DNA from: Desulforudis sp. Tu-874
GTDB taxonomy: Bacteria; Bacillota; Desulfotomaculia; Desulfotomaculales; JASEER01
DNA: 24,000 nt
Reading direction: 5' to 3'
Assembly: GCF_049818055.1 (NCBI RefSeq)
Contig: NZ_CP187479.1
Location: forward strand, 902,088-926,087
Positions 1 through 7,812 of the stretch are shown in pieces. Position numbers and translations under genes: made by a program. How positions within the stretch are numbered: the first letter of the stretch is position 1; each line of letters starts with the position of its first letter. Under the pieces are notes generated by a model. That model worked only from the letters and a program-made list of their open reading frames with translations, ran no database searches and was not told the origin of the DNA.

Positions 1-204
1 GTAAGAGGGGAAATGCGGCTGGCAGCCTGTATGGGAGGTATCCCCAAACTGCCCGAGGCTGAAACGAAGGTCAGGGAAGCGCTCTGGGAGGTGCACATCA
101 ACCGTCCCGAAGAAGCTCATAGGCTGCTGGGCGAAGCGATATCCCTCGTGGTGTCGGGAACCGAACAGGCGACCAAGTATTTAATCGACCAGTCATTGTT
201 ATAA
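1..204 (+). CDS. hypothetical protein (either a 63-aa ORF from ATG 13 or the 3' end of a gene starting left of the window)
   Basis: Frame 1 is open from base 1 to TAA at 202-204. No recognisable motif. Only a weak purine-rich stretch lies before ATG 13. Confidence 0.25.
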   Translation, partial: VRGEMRLAACMGGIPKLPEAETKVREALWEVHINRPEEAHRLLGEAISLVVSGTEQATKYLIDQSLL

Positions 205-275
205 AATGAGACAAGGAGACCTGCCCGCAAAGGGAGAACAAGTACCTGGCAGTTGAATAGCGGAGGAAAACAGAC

Positions 276-344
276 GTGGGTAAACTAATCCTTATCGGGC
301 TGGTCGTTCTGGCCATCTACCTCATGCGCCGCTTCCGCAAGTGA
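276..344 (+). CDS. candidate 22-aa hydrophobic micropeptide (MGKLILIGLVVLAIYLMRRFRK)
   Basis: GTG at 276 is preceded by GGAGGAAAA at 262-270. The peptide is one predicted TM helix followed by a basic tail. It is below the ORF-track size cutoff. No homology was recognised. Confidence 0.25.
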   Translation: MGKLILIGLVVLAIYLMRRFRK

Positions 345-399
345 CCGCGGCGCGGGCTCGGACCTTGCCGCCAGCTAGTTGAACAAGGAGTGGCGCCAC

Positions 400-1338
400 T
401 TGTCTCAGACCGGTAACCAACAACCGTTGATTAACCCCTATCTGGCCGTCGTCCTGGCCGTCGTTGCTGCGTCATTCTCGTCGATTTTCACCAAGTTGGC
501 CGACGCCCCGGCCATCATTATCGCCTTTTATCGTATAGGCATCACCGTCCTCATCCTGGCCCCCTTTATGCTACGCAGCGCGAATGTGCAAACCGTAAGG
601 GGCCTCAGCCTGAAAGCACGGGGGTTGGCCTTGCTTGCGGGCTTCTTCCTGGCCCTGCATTTCGCGACCTGGATCACCTCGCTGGAATACACGTCGATCG
701 CCAGTTCGACCGTGCTTGTGACAATGCAGCCGCTGTTCGTCGTCGCCGGCGGCGTCTACCTGCTGGGAGAGCGCATCAGCCGCAACGCTTTACTCGGCGG
801 TGCTCTGGCCCTGGCCGGAAGCGTCCTGATAGGCATCAACGACTTCCAGATCAGCGGGCAGGCCATTTTGGGGGACATCCTGGCCTTTGCCGGAGCCATT
901 TTTGTAGCCGGCTACGTTCTGATCGGGCGCGTTTTAAGAGCGCAGATGGACGTTCTCCCTTATACCTTCATTGTCTATGGAGCTTCAGCTGTAACGCTTT
1001 TTCTCTTTGCCCTCGTCTTCAACACCCCTTTTGGTCCTTATCCGGCCCTGACCTGGCTGTATTTCGCCGCTTTGGCCCTCGTGCCGACAATCTTCGGCCA
1101 CTCCGTGCTGAACTGGGCCTTAAAGTACGTTAAAGCCGCAGTGGTTTCGGTAAGCATCCTGGGTGAGCCGGTCGGCGCCTCGATCCTGGCCTATTTCGTC
1201 TTTGGACAGGTACCAACCCTCCTGCAGGTTACCGCAGGCGCCATGATTATCGGCGGGCTGACCTGCTTCCTGCTGTGCTCCAGAAACGAGGACCGCCGCC
1301 GATCCCTCGGCGGAAAACACGCCGTAGAACGCTGGTAG
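400..1338 (+). CDS. DMT superfamily (EamA-like) permease
   Basis: About 10 hydrophobic segments in two halves, typical of EamA/RhaT transporters. The ORF is open from 379. TTG at 400 has AAGGAG 9 nt upstream, so the start is uncertain (379 or 400). Confidence 0.85.
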   Translation: MSQTGNQQPLINPYLAVVLAVVAASFSSIFTKLADAPAIIIAFYRIGITVLILAPFMLRSANVQTVRGLSLKARGLALLAGFFLALHFATWITSLEYTSIASSTVLVTMQPLFVVAGGVYLLGERISRNALLGGALALAGSVLIGINDFQISGQAILGDILAFAGAIFVAGYVLIGRVLRAQMDVLPYTFIVYGASAVTLFLFALVFNTPFGPYPALTWLYFAALALVPTIFGHSVLNWALKYVKAAVVSVSILGEPVGASILAYFVFGQVPTLLQVTAGAMIIGGLTCFLLCSRNEDRRRSLGGKHAVERW

Positions 1339-1388
1339 CGGCGGGAACGTTTCTTTGCTCCCTCAGACAGGAGGCGACGGGGACTTTG

Positions 1389-2357
1389 ATGATCGACGTA
1401 CAGGGTTTGACCAAGCGTTTCAAAGACTACGTAGCCGTGCGGGAAATCAGCTTTACGGTGGGGAAGGGGGAGGTTTTTGGTTTTCTCGGCCCCAACGGGG
1501 CGGGAAAGTCCACGACGATCAAGATGCTGGCCACCCTGCTCCGGCCCTCCGCCGGCACGGCCAGGGTCAACGGTTACGACATCGTGCGCGAACCGGCCAA
1601 GGTCCGTCGCAGCATCGGCATGGTATTCCAGGACCCCAGCCTCGATGACCGCCTTACGGCCAGGGAAAACCTCGAGATGCACGGCATGCTCTACGCCGTG
1701 CCCAAACCCGTCCTGAAGAAGCGCATAGAGGAGATGCTGGAGCTGGTCGGCCTGGCCAACCGGCAAAACGAACTGGTACGCACGTTTTCGGGGGGGATGA
1801 AGCGGCGGTTGGAGTTGGCCAGGGGCTTGATCCACGCCCCGGGGCTGCTCTTTCTCGACGAGCCCACCCTCGGCCTTGATCCCCAGACGCGCACCCATCT
1901 CTGGGAGTATATCTCCGGCATCCAGGAAAGCCAAAACGTTACCATTTTTTTAACCACGCACTATATGGAAGAAGCCGAGATCTGCCACCGTATCGCCATT
2001 ATCGACCACGGCAGCCTGGTGGCTTTGGACACCCCCGAGAACCTCAAGCGGATGGTCGGGCAGGACCTTGTAATGATCAAATGTCAGGACCCCGTGACGG
2101 CAAAGCGGCTGCTGGAATCGGAGTTTAACCTGACGGCCCGGAGCGAGGGAGGCGTTTTGATCGTCGACGTGCCCCATGGGGAGGAGTTTGTGCCGAAACT
2201 GGCGGCCGGGATTCCGGGGATCGCCGCGATCAGCGTGGACAGGCCAACCCTCGAAGACGTCTTCCTGCACCTTACCGGCAGGGCCATCCGCGAGGAAACG
2301 GCCGGCGGCATCGACCATATGCGGGCGATGCGCAGGGCAAAGGGGAGGAAAAGCTGA
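1389..2357 (+). CDS. ABC transporter ATP-binding protein (ABC-2/DrrA-like exporter subunit)
   Basis: Walker A GPNGAGKST, signature FSGGMKRRLELA, Walker B LLFLDEPT and an H-loop TTHYM. ATG 1389 (MIDVQGLTKRF) is preceded by AGGAGG at about 1369. The longer 1275 start looks like an upstream extension. Confidence 0.9.
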   Translation: MIDVQGLTKRFKDYVAVREISFTVGKGEVFGFLGPNGAGKSTTIKMLATLLRPSAGTARVNGYDIVREPAKVRRSIGMVFQDPSLDDRLTARENLEMHGMLYAVPKPVLKKRIEEMLELVGLANRQNELVRTFSGGMKRRLELARGLIHAPGLLFLDEPTLGLDPQTRTHLWEYISGIQESQNVTIFLTTHYMEEAEICHRIAIIDHGSLVALDTPENLKRMVGQDLVMIKCQDPVTAKRLLESEFNLTARSEGGVLIVDVPHGEEFVPKLAAGIPGIAAISVDRPTLEDVFLHLTGRAIREETAGGIDHMRAMRRAKGRKS

Positions 2358-3140
2358 ATGGCGGCTTTCCTGATGACGGTGTACGTTTTGTGGTTACGGG
2401 AATTAAAACGGTTCCTGCGCGAAAAAACCCGCATCCTGACCATGCTCGGGCAGCCGCTGCTTTACCTGCTGGTGATGGGTCAAGGTCTGCGCACCACTTT
2501 TAGAATCGATATTGAAGGCTTTGATTACCTCTCCTTCATCTACCCCGGCGTTATCGGAATGTCCGTGCTGTTTACGGCGATGTTCTCGTCGGTGTCCATC
2601 ATCTGGGACCGCGAATTCGGCTTTCTCAAAGAGGTGCTCGTAGCGCCCGTGCCGCGCAGCGCCATCGCCGTGGGCAAGGCCCTGGGGGGCAGCACCACCG
2701 CCGTCCTGCAGGGCACCATCCTGCTCATCCTGGCGCCCGTCGCCGGCCTGCACATCCATGCCGCTCAGATCGCCCTGCTCCTGCCCCTGATGTTCCTGCT
2801 GGCCTTCGCCATCACCTCGTTTGGAACCCTGGTGGCGGCCCGTACCGAAACGATGGAAGGCTTCCACATGATCATGAACTTCCTGATCATGCCCCTCTTT
2901 ATGCTCAGCGGGGCCTTTTTCCCCGTATCCAGCGCCCCGGCGTGGATGCAGCCGCTCATGAAAATGGACCCCGTGGCTTACGGGGTCGACGCCTTCCGTA
3001 ACGTCCTCTACACCGGAGCGGGCACAGCGGCGAAAAACTTTGCGGTCGCCTTCCCCTTAGGGCTGGACGTGGCCGTTCTGCTCGGCTTTGCAGCCCTGAT
3101 GGTGGCCCTGGGTATGCTGGCCTTTACGCGGACGGAATAA
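2358..3140 (+). CDS. ABC-2 type transporter permease
   Basis: Six-TM hydrophobic profile. The ATG directly abuts the TGA of the ATPase gene (tgaATG), the usual DrrA/DrrB-type pairing. Confidence 0.85.
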   Translation: MAAFLMTVYVLWLRELKRFLREKTRILTMLGQPLLYLLVMGQGLRTTFRIDIEGFDYLSFIYPGVIGMSVLFTAMFSSVSIIWDREFGFLKEVLVAPVPRSAIAVGKALGGSTTAVLQGTILLILAPVAGLHIHAAQIALLLPLMFLLAFAITSFGTLVAARTETMEGFHMIMNFLIMPLFMLSGAFFPVSSAPAWMQPLMKMDPVAYGVDAFRNVLYTGAGTAAKNFAVAFPLGLDVAVLLGFAALMVALGMLAFTRTE

Positions 3141-3429
3141 TCTTCATCGCCCCGTCATTTTCATAAGCAACCCTAGCTCCCGGTTCCAGAACGATAATCA
3201 AACCCCTGGCATGGTCAATGGCGACTTCGCGGTTGATCGTCATCATGACCGTCCCGTTGGTCCCCAAAATTGTTTCAACCACCGTGCCGTCGTCGTAAAG
3301 GAGGACCTGACGCATCGAACCGTCCTTCTCCACAGTAAGCTCTTTATGTTCGGCGCTTGCCGGCCGCCGTGTGGAAATACGCCAGTCCATGCTCTCCGGG
3401 AGTTCGTTGCCGTTGACGATAAAGCTCAA
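3124..3429 (-). CDS. hypothetical protein (101 aa)
   Basis: The ORF has a TTG start preceded by AAAGGGG. It converges on and overlaps the permease 3' end by 17 nt. No motif recognised. Confidence 0.35.
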   Translation of the reverse strand: MSFIVNGNELPESMDWRISTRRPASAEHKELTVEKDGSMRQVLLYDDGTVVETILGTNGTVMMTINREVAIDHARGLIIVLEPGARVAYENDGAMKIIPSA

Positions 3430-3710
3430 GCCCCGCGCCCCTTTCTGTATTGACAGACTGATTGCTTATAGCTTTCCCTTTTCGTTTCTTCATCTCCGCC
3501 TTCATAAATCCTGCTTGCCGTCCGGGAGAGTTCGGGGGGCGTAAATTTACCGGCACAAAAAGGAAAACCCGTCTTCGGAACGAATGAAACAATAATGACT
3601 AATTTACTTAACATTCGATCGGCGTCCTTAAATGCTAGGAGCAAAAACCCCTTCGTTCCGGCTAAACTAAGGCTGTAAAAGAAGATTCAACGCCGAAAGA
3701 GGTGAAAAGT

Positions 3711-3848
3711 ATGGACAGATGGGTTTGCACGGTATGCGGTTACGTATACGACCCTCAGGAAGAGGGAGGACTCCCTTTTGAAGACCTTCCGGATGATTGG
3801 GTTTGCCCCGTTTGCGGCGCAGGCAAGGAAGCTTTTGAAAAAGAATAA
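3711..3848 (+). CDS. rubredoxin (45 aa)
   Basis: Hand translation gives [45 protein letters not shown]. Both CxxCG knuckles and the aromatic core are present. AGAGGTGA RBS lies 5 nt upstream. Absent from the ORF track because it is under 60 aa. Confidence 0.9.
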   Translation: MDRWVCTVCGYVYDPQEEGGLPFEDLPDDWVCPVCGAGKEAFEKE

Positions 3849-3903
3849 TCTGTTGGCTCTGAGCACAAGTTAATATTTTCACAAAGCGGGGAGGAGCAAA
3901 ACA

Positions 3904-4020
3904 ATGGCGACTAAAGTGGGAGAAGTTTATAAGTGTCTGGTATGCACCAACGTTGTCGTCGTTAAAGAAGAAGGCAAGGGAACGCTGGTTTGCTGCGGGA
4001 AACCGATGGTGAAACAGTAG
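3904..4020 (+). CDS. desulforedoxin (38 aa, Dx-type FeS4 centre)
   Basis: Hand translation gives [38 protein letters not shown]. It has the CxxC...CC pattern and, from memory, is near-collinear with D. gigas desulforedoxin (..[31 protein letters not shown]). GGAGGAG RBS upstream. Confidence 0.85.
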   Translation: MATKVGEVYKCLVCTNVVVVKEEGKGTLVCCGKPMVKQ

Positions 4021-4036
4021 GGTCGTTTGTTGCTCC

Positions 4037-4091
4037 TGTCAACGCCGACTTACTTTTGACCCACTGGCGCCGGTTGGGAATTGACCCACCC
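4037..4091. repeat. IS21-family terminal inverted repeat region (istB-proximal end)
   Basis: Three blocks recur in inverse order at 6180-6234: TGTCAACGCCG, TGACCCACTGGCGCCGG and GAATTGACCCACCC. This multi-block pattern is typical of IS21 ends. Confidence 0.75.
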
Positions 4092-4101
4092 GGCCGACAA
4101 A

Positions 4102-4899
4102 CTACGGTTTGGACTGCTCGGCGTTAACCACCTCCGGTCTGGGGTGTGGTCCAAACAGACCGGCCCGTTTCTTCTCCCGCAGGCGGTAACTCTCCCCGCG
4201 GATGTTCAGGACGTGGCTGTGGTGCAGGAGCCGGTCCAGGATCGCCGTGGCAATCACCGCATCACCCAACACCTCGCCCCATTCGGCAAAACCCTTGTTC
4301 GACGTCAGAATGATGCTGCCACGCTCGTATCTGGCCGAGATCAGGGCAAAGAGCGCCGTGGCCGCCTGGCGGTCGTAGGGCCAGACCCCGAACTCGTCAA
4401 TAATCAGGACCTTCGGGGCCAGGTAGACCCGCATTCTCCTGTCCAGCCGGTGTTCCGCCTGGGCGCGGCGCAGGTCTTCCAGCAGGTCGTGGGCCCGGAC
4501 AAAGTAGACGCCGTAGCCCTGTTCAATCGCCCTGATCCCCAGGGCCACCGCCAGGTGGGTTTTGCCCACCCCCGGCGGGCCCAGAAGCAGGATGTTCGCC
4601 GCGTCGGCGACGAAGGTCAAGGTAGCGAGTTCCCTTACCAGACGTTCATCCACCGATGGCTGGAAGCCAAAATCGAACTGCTCTAAGGTCCGGTGGTAGG
4701 GCAGGTGGGCCAGCCGGGTCCGGGTCTTCAGATAACGCTCCCGCCTGGCTGCCGCCTCGATCCCCAGCAGGTCGGCCAGGAAGTCGGCATAGGACAACTG
4801 CTTTTGCACGGCCGCTTCCAGTCGGCTGTCCAGGATCGCCGCCGCCTGTCCCAAACCCAGGTGCTCCAGGTAGTGGCGCGCTTTCTCCAGGGCGATCAC
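4102..4899 (-). CDS. istB: IS21-family helper ATPase IstB
   Basis: AAA+ motifs Walker A GPPGVGKTH and Walker B LLIIDEFG. The GTG start overlaps the istA stop (GTGA). Confidence 0.9.
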   Translation of the reverse strand: MIALEKARHYLEHLGLGQAAAILDSRLEAAVQKQLSYADFLADLLGIEAAARRERYLKTRTRLAHLPYHRTLEQFDFGFQPSVDERLVRELATLTFVADAANILLLGPPGVGKTHLAVALGIRAIEQGYGVYFVRAHDLLEDLRRAQAEHRLDRRMRVYLAPKVLIIDEFGVWPYDRQAATALFALISARYERGSIILTSNKGFAEWGEVLGDAVIATAILDRLLHHSHVLNIRGESYRLREKKRAGLFGPHPRPEVVNAEQSKP

Positions 4900-6143
4900 C
4901 GTTCGCTCACCACCAACGCTTCGTAGTCCAGCAAAGACCGAATCTGGACTTCCACCGTCTGGACCTGAAAAGCTGTTGGGGTTTGGCGCCGCCGGCGGTC
5001 ACCCATCGGCAGCCCGTCCCACTGGCCGGGCAGGGTAAGCCGCTGCCCCGGGGTTACGGCCCGCGGATGGACGGCCAGCCTTTCGTTCCCCGCCCAGATC
5101 TGGATCGTGGTCTCGTCCGGCTGGACCTCTACTTTTCGGCCGGCCCATTGCCAGGGGACGCCATACCAGGAGCCGTTCCATTGGAGGTAACCATCCCGGC
5201 CCACCTTGCGCTCCTCACGCAGGAAAGGCAAAAGCTTATCGGGGCCGGGCAGGGGCATCAGATGGGCCTGCTCGATGATCAGGCGGTCAATCGGTCGTTC
5301 CCGGGTCGTCCCGTGGATACGGACGTTGGCCACGGTGTCAAGCCAGACTTGGGCCCGGCGGTTGAGGTCAGTAAGATCAGTAAACCGGGCACCAGGCCAG
5401 AAGTTGCCTTCGACGTACCCGACGCCGCGCTCGACCTTGCCTTTGGTTCTGGCCCAGTAGGGCCGGCAAAGCTGGATGTCAAAGCCCAGCCGCAGGGCGA
5501 AGTCCAGGAAACGCTTGTTCCAGATAGGCTGCCCGGCCTCGTCCCGGTCAAGAACGACCAGCTTGGCGTTGTCGTACAGGCACTTGCGCGGAATGCCGCC
5601 CAGCCGCGCAAAACCGTTGATGTGGCAGCGGATGAAGCCGGCCACGTCGGCGCGCTGGATGAACTCTACGTACATGGCCCGCGCCCAGGCCAACACCAGG
5701 ACGAAAGCCCAGACATAACGTGGTGTCCCGTCCGGCGTCAGGTAGCGGTAACGGCCGAAGTCGACTTGCGCTTGTTCGCCGGGCTTGGTTTCAAAGCGCA
5801 CGGTGACTTCAGGCTTCCGCCGCCATCGGCGGAACGGGTGAACGTACTCCTTGAGGATGGAGTAGCCGCCTGTGTAGCCCAACTCCCGGATCTCCCGGAG
5901 CAGAACGACGCAATTGTCCACTCCCTCGCTAAGCCGCTTCTGGATATAATCTTTGTAGGGGTCGAGCTTGGACCCCCGCTTCGCCCGGGGCTTCGGTTTG
6001 GGTATCCCCGGCTCCCGAAGGTATCTACGAACCGTGTTCCGGGATACGTCAAGAAGCCTTGTGATGGCACGGATGGATTCGCCCTTGCCGTGCAACTCGA
6101 TGATCTGTTTCACTTTCCCACCCTCCAGCATCTTGTTGGACAC
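4896..6143 (-). CDS. istA: IS21-family transposase IstA
   Basis: N-terminal HTH (GESIRAITRLLDVSRNTVRRYL) followed by an rve/DDE integrase core (QVDFG...; AWARAMYVEF...). The size and the pairing with istB fit the family. The exact start is ambiguous (GTG 6143 or ATG 6131). Confidence 0.9.
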   Translation of the reverse strand: MSNKMLEGGKVKQIIELHGKGESIRAITRLLDVSRNTVRRYLREPGIPKPKPRAKRGSKLDPYKDYIQKRLSEGVDNCVVLLREIRELGYTGGYSILKEYVHPFRRWRRKPEVTVRFETKPGEQAQVDFGRYRYLTPDGTPRYVWAFVLVLAWARAMYVEFIQRADVAGFIRCHINGFARLGGIPRKCLYDNAKLVVLDRDEAGQPIWNKRFLDFALRLGFDIQLCRPYWARTKGKVERGVGYVEGNFWPGARFTDLTDLNRRAQVWLDTVANVRIHGTTRERPIDRLIIEQAHLMPLPGPDKLLPFLREERKVGRDGYLQWNGSWYGVPWQWAGRKVEVQPDETTIQIWAGNERLAVHPRAVTPGQRLTLPGQWDGLPMGDRRRRQTPTAFQVQTVEVQIRSLLDYEALVVSER

Positions 6144-6179
6144 CTCCGTCTTTTGCAGTCGAAGGTGTCTTTCGCCGGG

Positions 6180-6234
6180 GGGTGGGTCAATTCTTTTTCG
6201 GCGCTACCGGGTCATTTTAAACCCGGCGCTGACA
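6180..6234. repeat. IS21-family terminal inverted repeat region (istA-proximal end)
   Basis: The reverse complement reads TGTCAGCGCCG..., ...TGACCCGGTAGCGCCG... and ...GAATTGACCCACCCC. These match the blocks at 4037-4091. Confidence 0.75.
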
Positions 6235-6256
6235 GCTCCTCGGTAAAGGCACTGAG

Positions 6257-6292
6257 AAAGGCACCGCTTCACAAGAACGGTGCCTCTTTCGT
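6257..6292 (+). terminator. rho-independent terminator, probably the original rubredoxin-desulforedoxin terminator displaced by the IS
   Basis: AGGCACCG (6259-6266) pairs with CGGTGCCT (6278-6285), followed by CTTTC. Without the IS it would sit about 40 nt after the desulforedoxin stop. Confidence 0.55.
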
Positions 6293-6342
6293 CATGCAGG
6301 GAACATACAACGCCCCAGCCATAAGCGTTAAATGGGCCTGTA

Positions 6343-6371
6343 AGGCAATCAAAACCCCGGCTACTGGGGTT
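6343..6371 (-). terminator. candidate intrinsic terminator (minus strand)
   Basis: On the minus strand, AACCCC-AGUAGCC-GGGGUU is followed by UUGAUUG. It lies about 350 nt downstream of the last pilin gene. Confidence 0.4.
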
Positions 6372-6453
6372 GGGTCATAAGAGCACTTTAACAGGCCTCT
6401 GAAGCCAAATTAAGAACACCTTGACAACCTCCTTGGGTATTGCTCTAAAATTG

Positions 6454-6473
6454 GTATACCCCGCCGGGTATAC
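6454..6473. other. perfect 8-bp palindromic hairpin GTATACCC-CGCC-GGGTATAC
   Basis: Read directly from the sequence. On the minus strand it is followed by CAAUUUUAG, so it may be a terminator or RNA-stability element in the pilin 3' region. Confidence 0.4.
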
Positions 6474-6687
6474 TGCCTGCATCCCGATACCCTGAATCCT
6501 ATCCGGCATTAAAATCTTGACGGTGCTCATTGGATGCGGCGAGGCTGGATCTACTGATCTACTATGGAGATTTGGATCTGCACTGCACACAACCCGGATA
6601 AAGGCAGGGCGAGCCCAGGCTAACTCATTCACCAGTTCATCCACTTCTTAGGCAACATAATACTTCTTATGGGAACCAATTGGGTGT

Positions 6688-6708
6688 TGAGCATTGAGCG
6701 ATGAGCGT
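6688..6708. repeat. three tandem heptads TGAGCAT TGAGCGA TGAGCGT
   Basis: Read directly. The repeat lies 10 nt beyond the stop of the second pilin gene. Function unknown. Confidence 0.5.
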
Positions 6709-6717
6709 TAACCCCGA

Positions 6718-7107
6718 TCACTCGGCCTTCCATTGGCCGTTATCAAGAACGTAGTCTTTTCCGTTGGGTGAAACAGGCCAACCTACAATCAACCGGTTCT
6801 CAATCTTTCCTTTTAAGGAGTCAGTGGTTTCGCTTCGTGGGTCGTTAGACTCGTCCTCCAGCACCCACTGTAGGGTGGCACTGTTCAAAGCTCTGACGTT
6901 CACTTCGTCTGCCCTGTCCCTGGCGGTCTGTTCCGTGGACTTGTACATCGGTAGGGCAGTGGCCACTAACACCGCGATGATAACAACGACAACCAGGAGT
7001 TCCACGAGCGTAAAACCGCGTTTGTCACCCAAGCATCCCGGTAGATAACGAGGTTTTCCAGTGTCCTCAAACCGGCAGTCAATATCCGGCACGGTGTTCA
7101 CATCCAT
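6718..7107 (-). CDS. type IV pilin-like protein with a prepilin N-terminal cleavage/methylation motif (second pilin)
   Basis: ...GDKRG|FTLVELLVVVVIIAVLVATALPMY carries the class III signal (G-1, F+1, E+5). The start is uncertain. ATG 7107 has GAGG 9 nt upstream. TTG 7032 would give a short MGDKRG leader. The 7221 start would run through a strong hairpin. Confidence 0.75.
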   Translation of the reverse strand: MDVNTVPDIDCRFEDTGKPRYLPGCLGDKRGFTLVELLVVVVIIAVLVATALPMYKSTEQTARDRADEVNVRALNSATLQWVLEDESNDPRSETTDSLKGKIENRLIVGWPVSPNGKDYVLDNGQWKAE

Positions 7108-7174
7108 TCTTGTTGGCCTCACAACACGGCCTCGGATAGACATGTACCCCAAAATGGAGTCACCTTTAGAGATA

Positions 7175-7204
7175 CGCCCCCTGCCATCACTCCGGCAGGA
7201 GGCG
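7175..7204 (-). terminator. strong stem-loop between the two pilin genes (attenuator or partial terminator candidate)
   Basis: An 11-bp stem, CGCCUCCUGCC / GGCAGGGGGCG on the minus strand, with an 8-nt loop. The 3' tail is only moderately U-rich (UAUCUCU). Confidence 0.4.
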
Positions 7205-7274
7205 TATCCTTCATCCAACAATGAGTTACAAGTTTGGTGCCTAGCACCATGTGTTCTTAATTCTTTCCGTCAGT

Positions 7275-7655
7275 TTACGGCCAAGCAATAGGTAAAGATG
7301 CGTTGGTAAGTGTCGTTCCACCAACCGTCCCGCTAACCTGACCCCGAAGAGGAGTACCACCCACTGTATACGTTGCAGTTCCCGGCCCTGCGGGTACAGC
7401 TTGTAAGTATGTGGGAACTAAGGCATTTATATCGGTCGGGTTAGTTCCATTATTAGCAGCCTGGAATTGCATGATCGCACCATCAATCGTCCTTAGGTTG
7501 GCCTCTACAGCCCTTCGTTCTGCTGTTTGTGATACGTTGTTATAAACAGGCACAGCAATAGCCACCAGGATGCCGATGATGACCACGACGATCATCAGTT
7601 CGACCAGGGTGAAGCCCTTACGGTTCTTGAGGAGATGGCAAAGTCTTGTAAACAT
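7275..7655 (-). CDS. pilA: type IV pilin, probably the major pilin (126-aa precursor)
   Basis: MFTRLCHLLKNRKG|FTLVELMIVVVIIGILVAIAVPVY carries the class III signal. Strong RBS GGGAGGTGA. It has its own upstream region and is followed by a hairpin. The C-terminus is Gly/Thr-rich. Confidence 0.85.
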   Translation of the reverse strand: MFTRLCHLLKNRKGFTLVELMIVVVIIGILVAIAVPVYNNVSQTAERRAVEANLRTIDGAIMQFQAANNGTNPTDINALVPTYLQAVPAGPGTATYTVGGTPLRGQVSGTVGGTTLTNASLPIAWP

Positions 7656-7747
7656 CGTTTCACCTCCCTTCCCTCTTCTTGGGAATTCATGCCATCTTTT
7701 GTCTTCCTATATGTGGTTATACCGTCATACACGTAACCCTAGACACT

Positions 7748-7774
7748 GTTTCGGAACATTTTAGTCAAACTTTA
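7748..7774 (-). promoter_or_regulatory. candidate sigma-28/FliA-type promoter upstream of pilA
   Basis: The minus strand reads TAAAGTTT (7774-7767), then 11 nt, then tCCGAAAc (7755-7748). The E. coli FliA consensus is TAAAGTTT-N11-GCCGATAA. The -35 element is exact and the -10 matches 5 of 8. Confidence 0.35.
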
Positions 7775-7812
7775 GAATTCCAACGCGAAACGTCCAGGCA
7801 ATCAGGCGCTAT

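Larger units (their letters stand above)
4037..6234 (-). mobile_element. IS21-family insertion sequence, apparently intact (about 2.2 kb)
   Basis: istA and istB overlap by GTGA. The termini are TGTCAACGCCG (4037->) and its imperfect inverse CGGCGCTGACA (->6234). A 5-bp direct repeat GCTCC flanks the element at 4032-4036 and 6235-6239. Confidence 0.85.

Noticed and set aside
3430-3710. Searched the rubredoxin upstream region for a PerR/Fur-type box (ATAATGACTAATTTA) and a TTGACA promoter
   Set aside because: The palindrome is poor. The TTGACA at 3451 lacks a -10 element at usable spacing. This is not enough to call.
4656-6380. 574-aa plus-strand ORF, the longest ORF in the window
   Set aside because: It lies entirely antisense to istA/istB and is Pro/Gly/Arg/Ala-rich with no motifs. 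This is a typical high-GC shadow frame. The minus-strand genes have clear transposase and AAA+ signatures.
6375-6644. 89-aa minus-strand ORF in the region downstream of the pilins
   Set aside because: It has no RBS, runs through two strong hairpins, and its composition is unlike the neighbouring genes.
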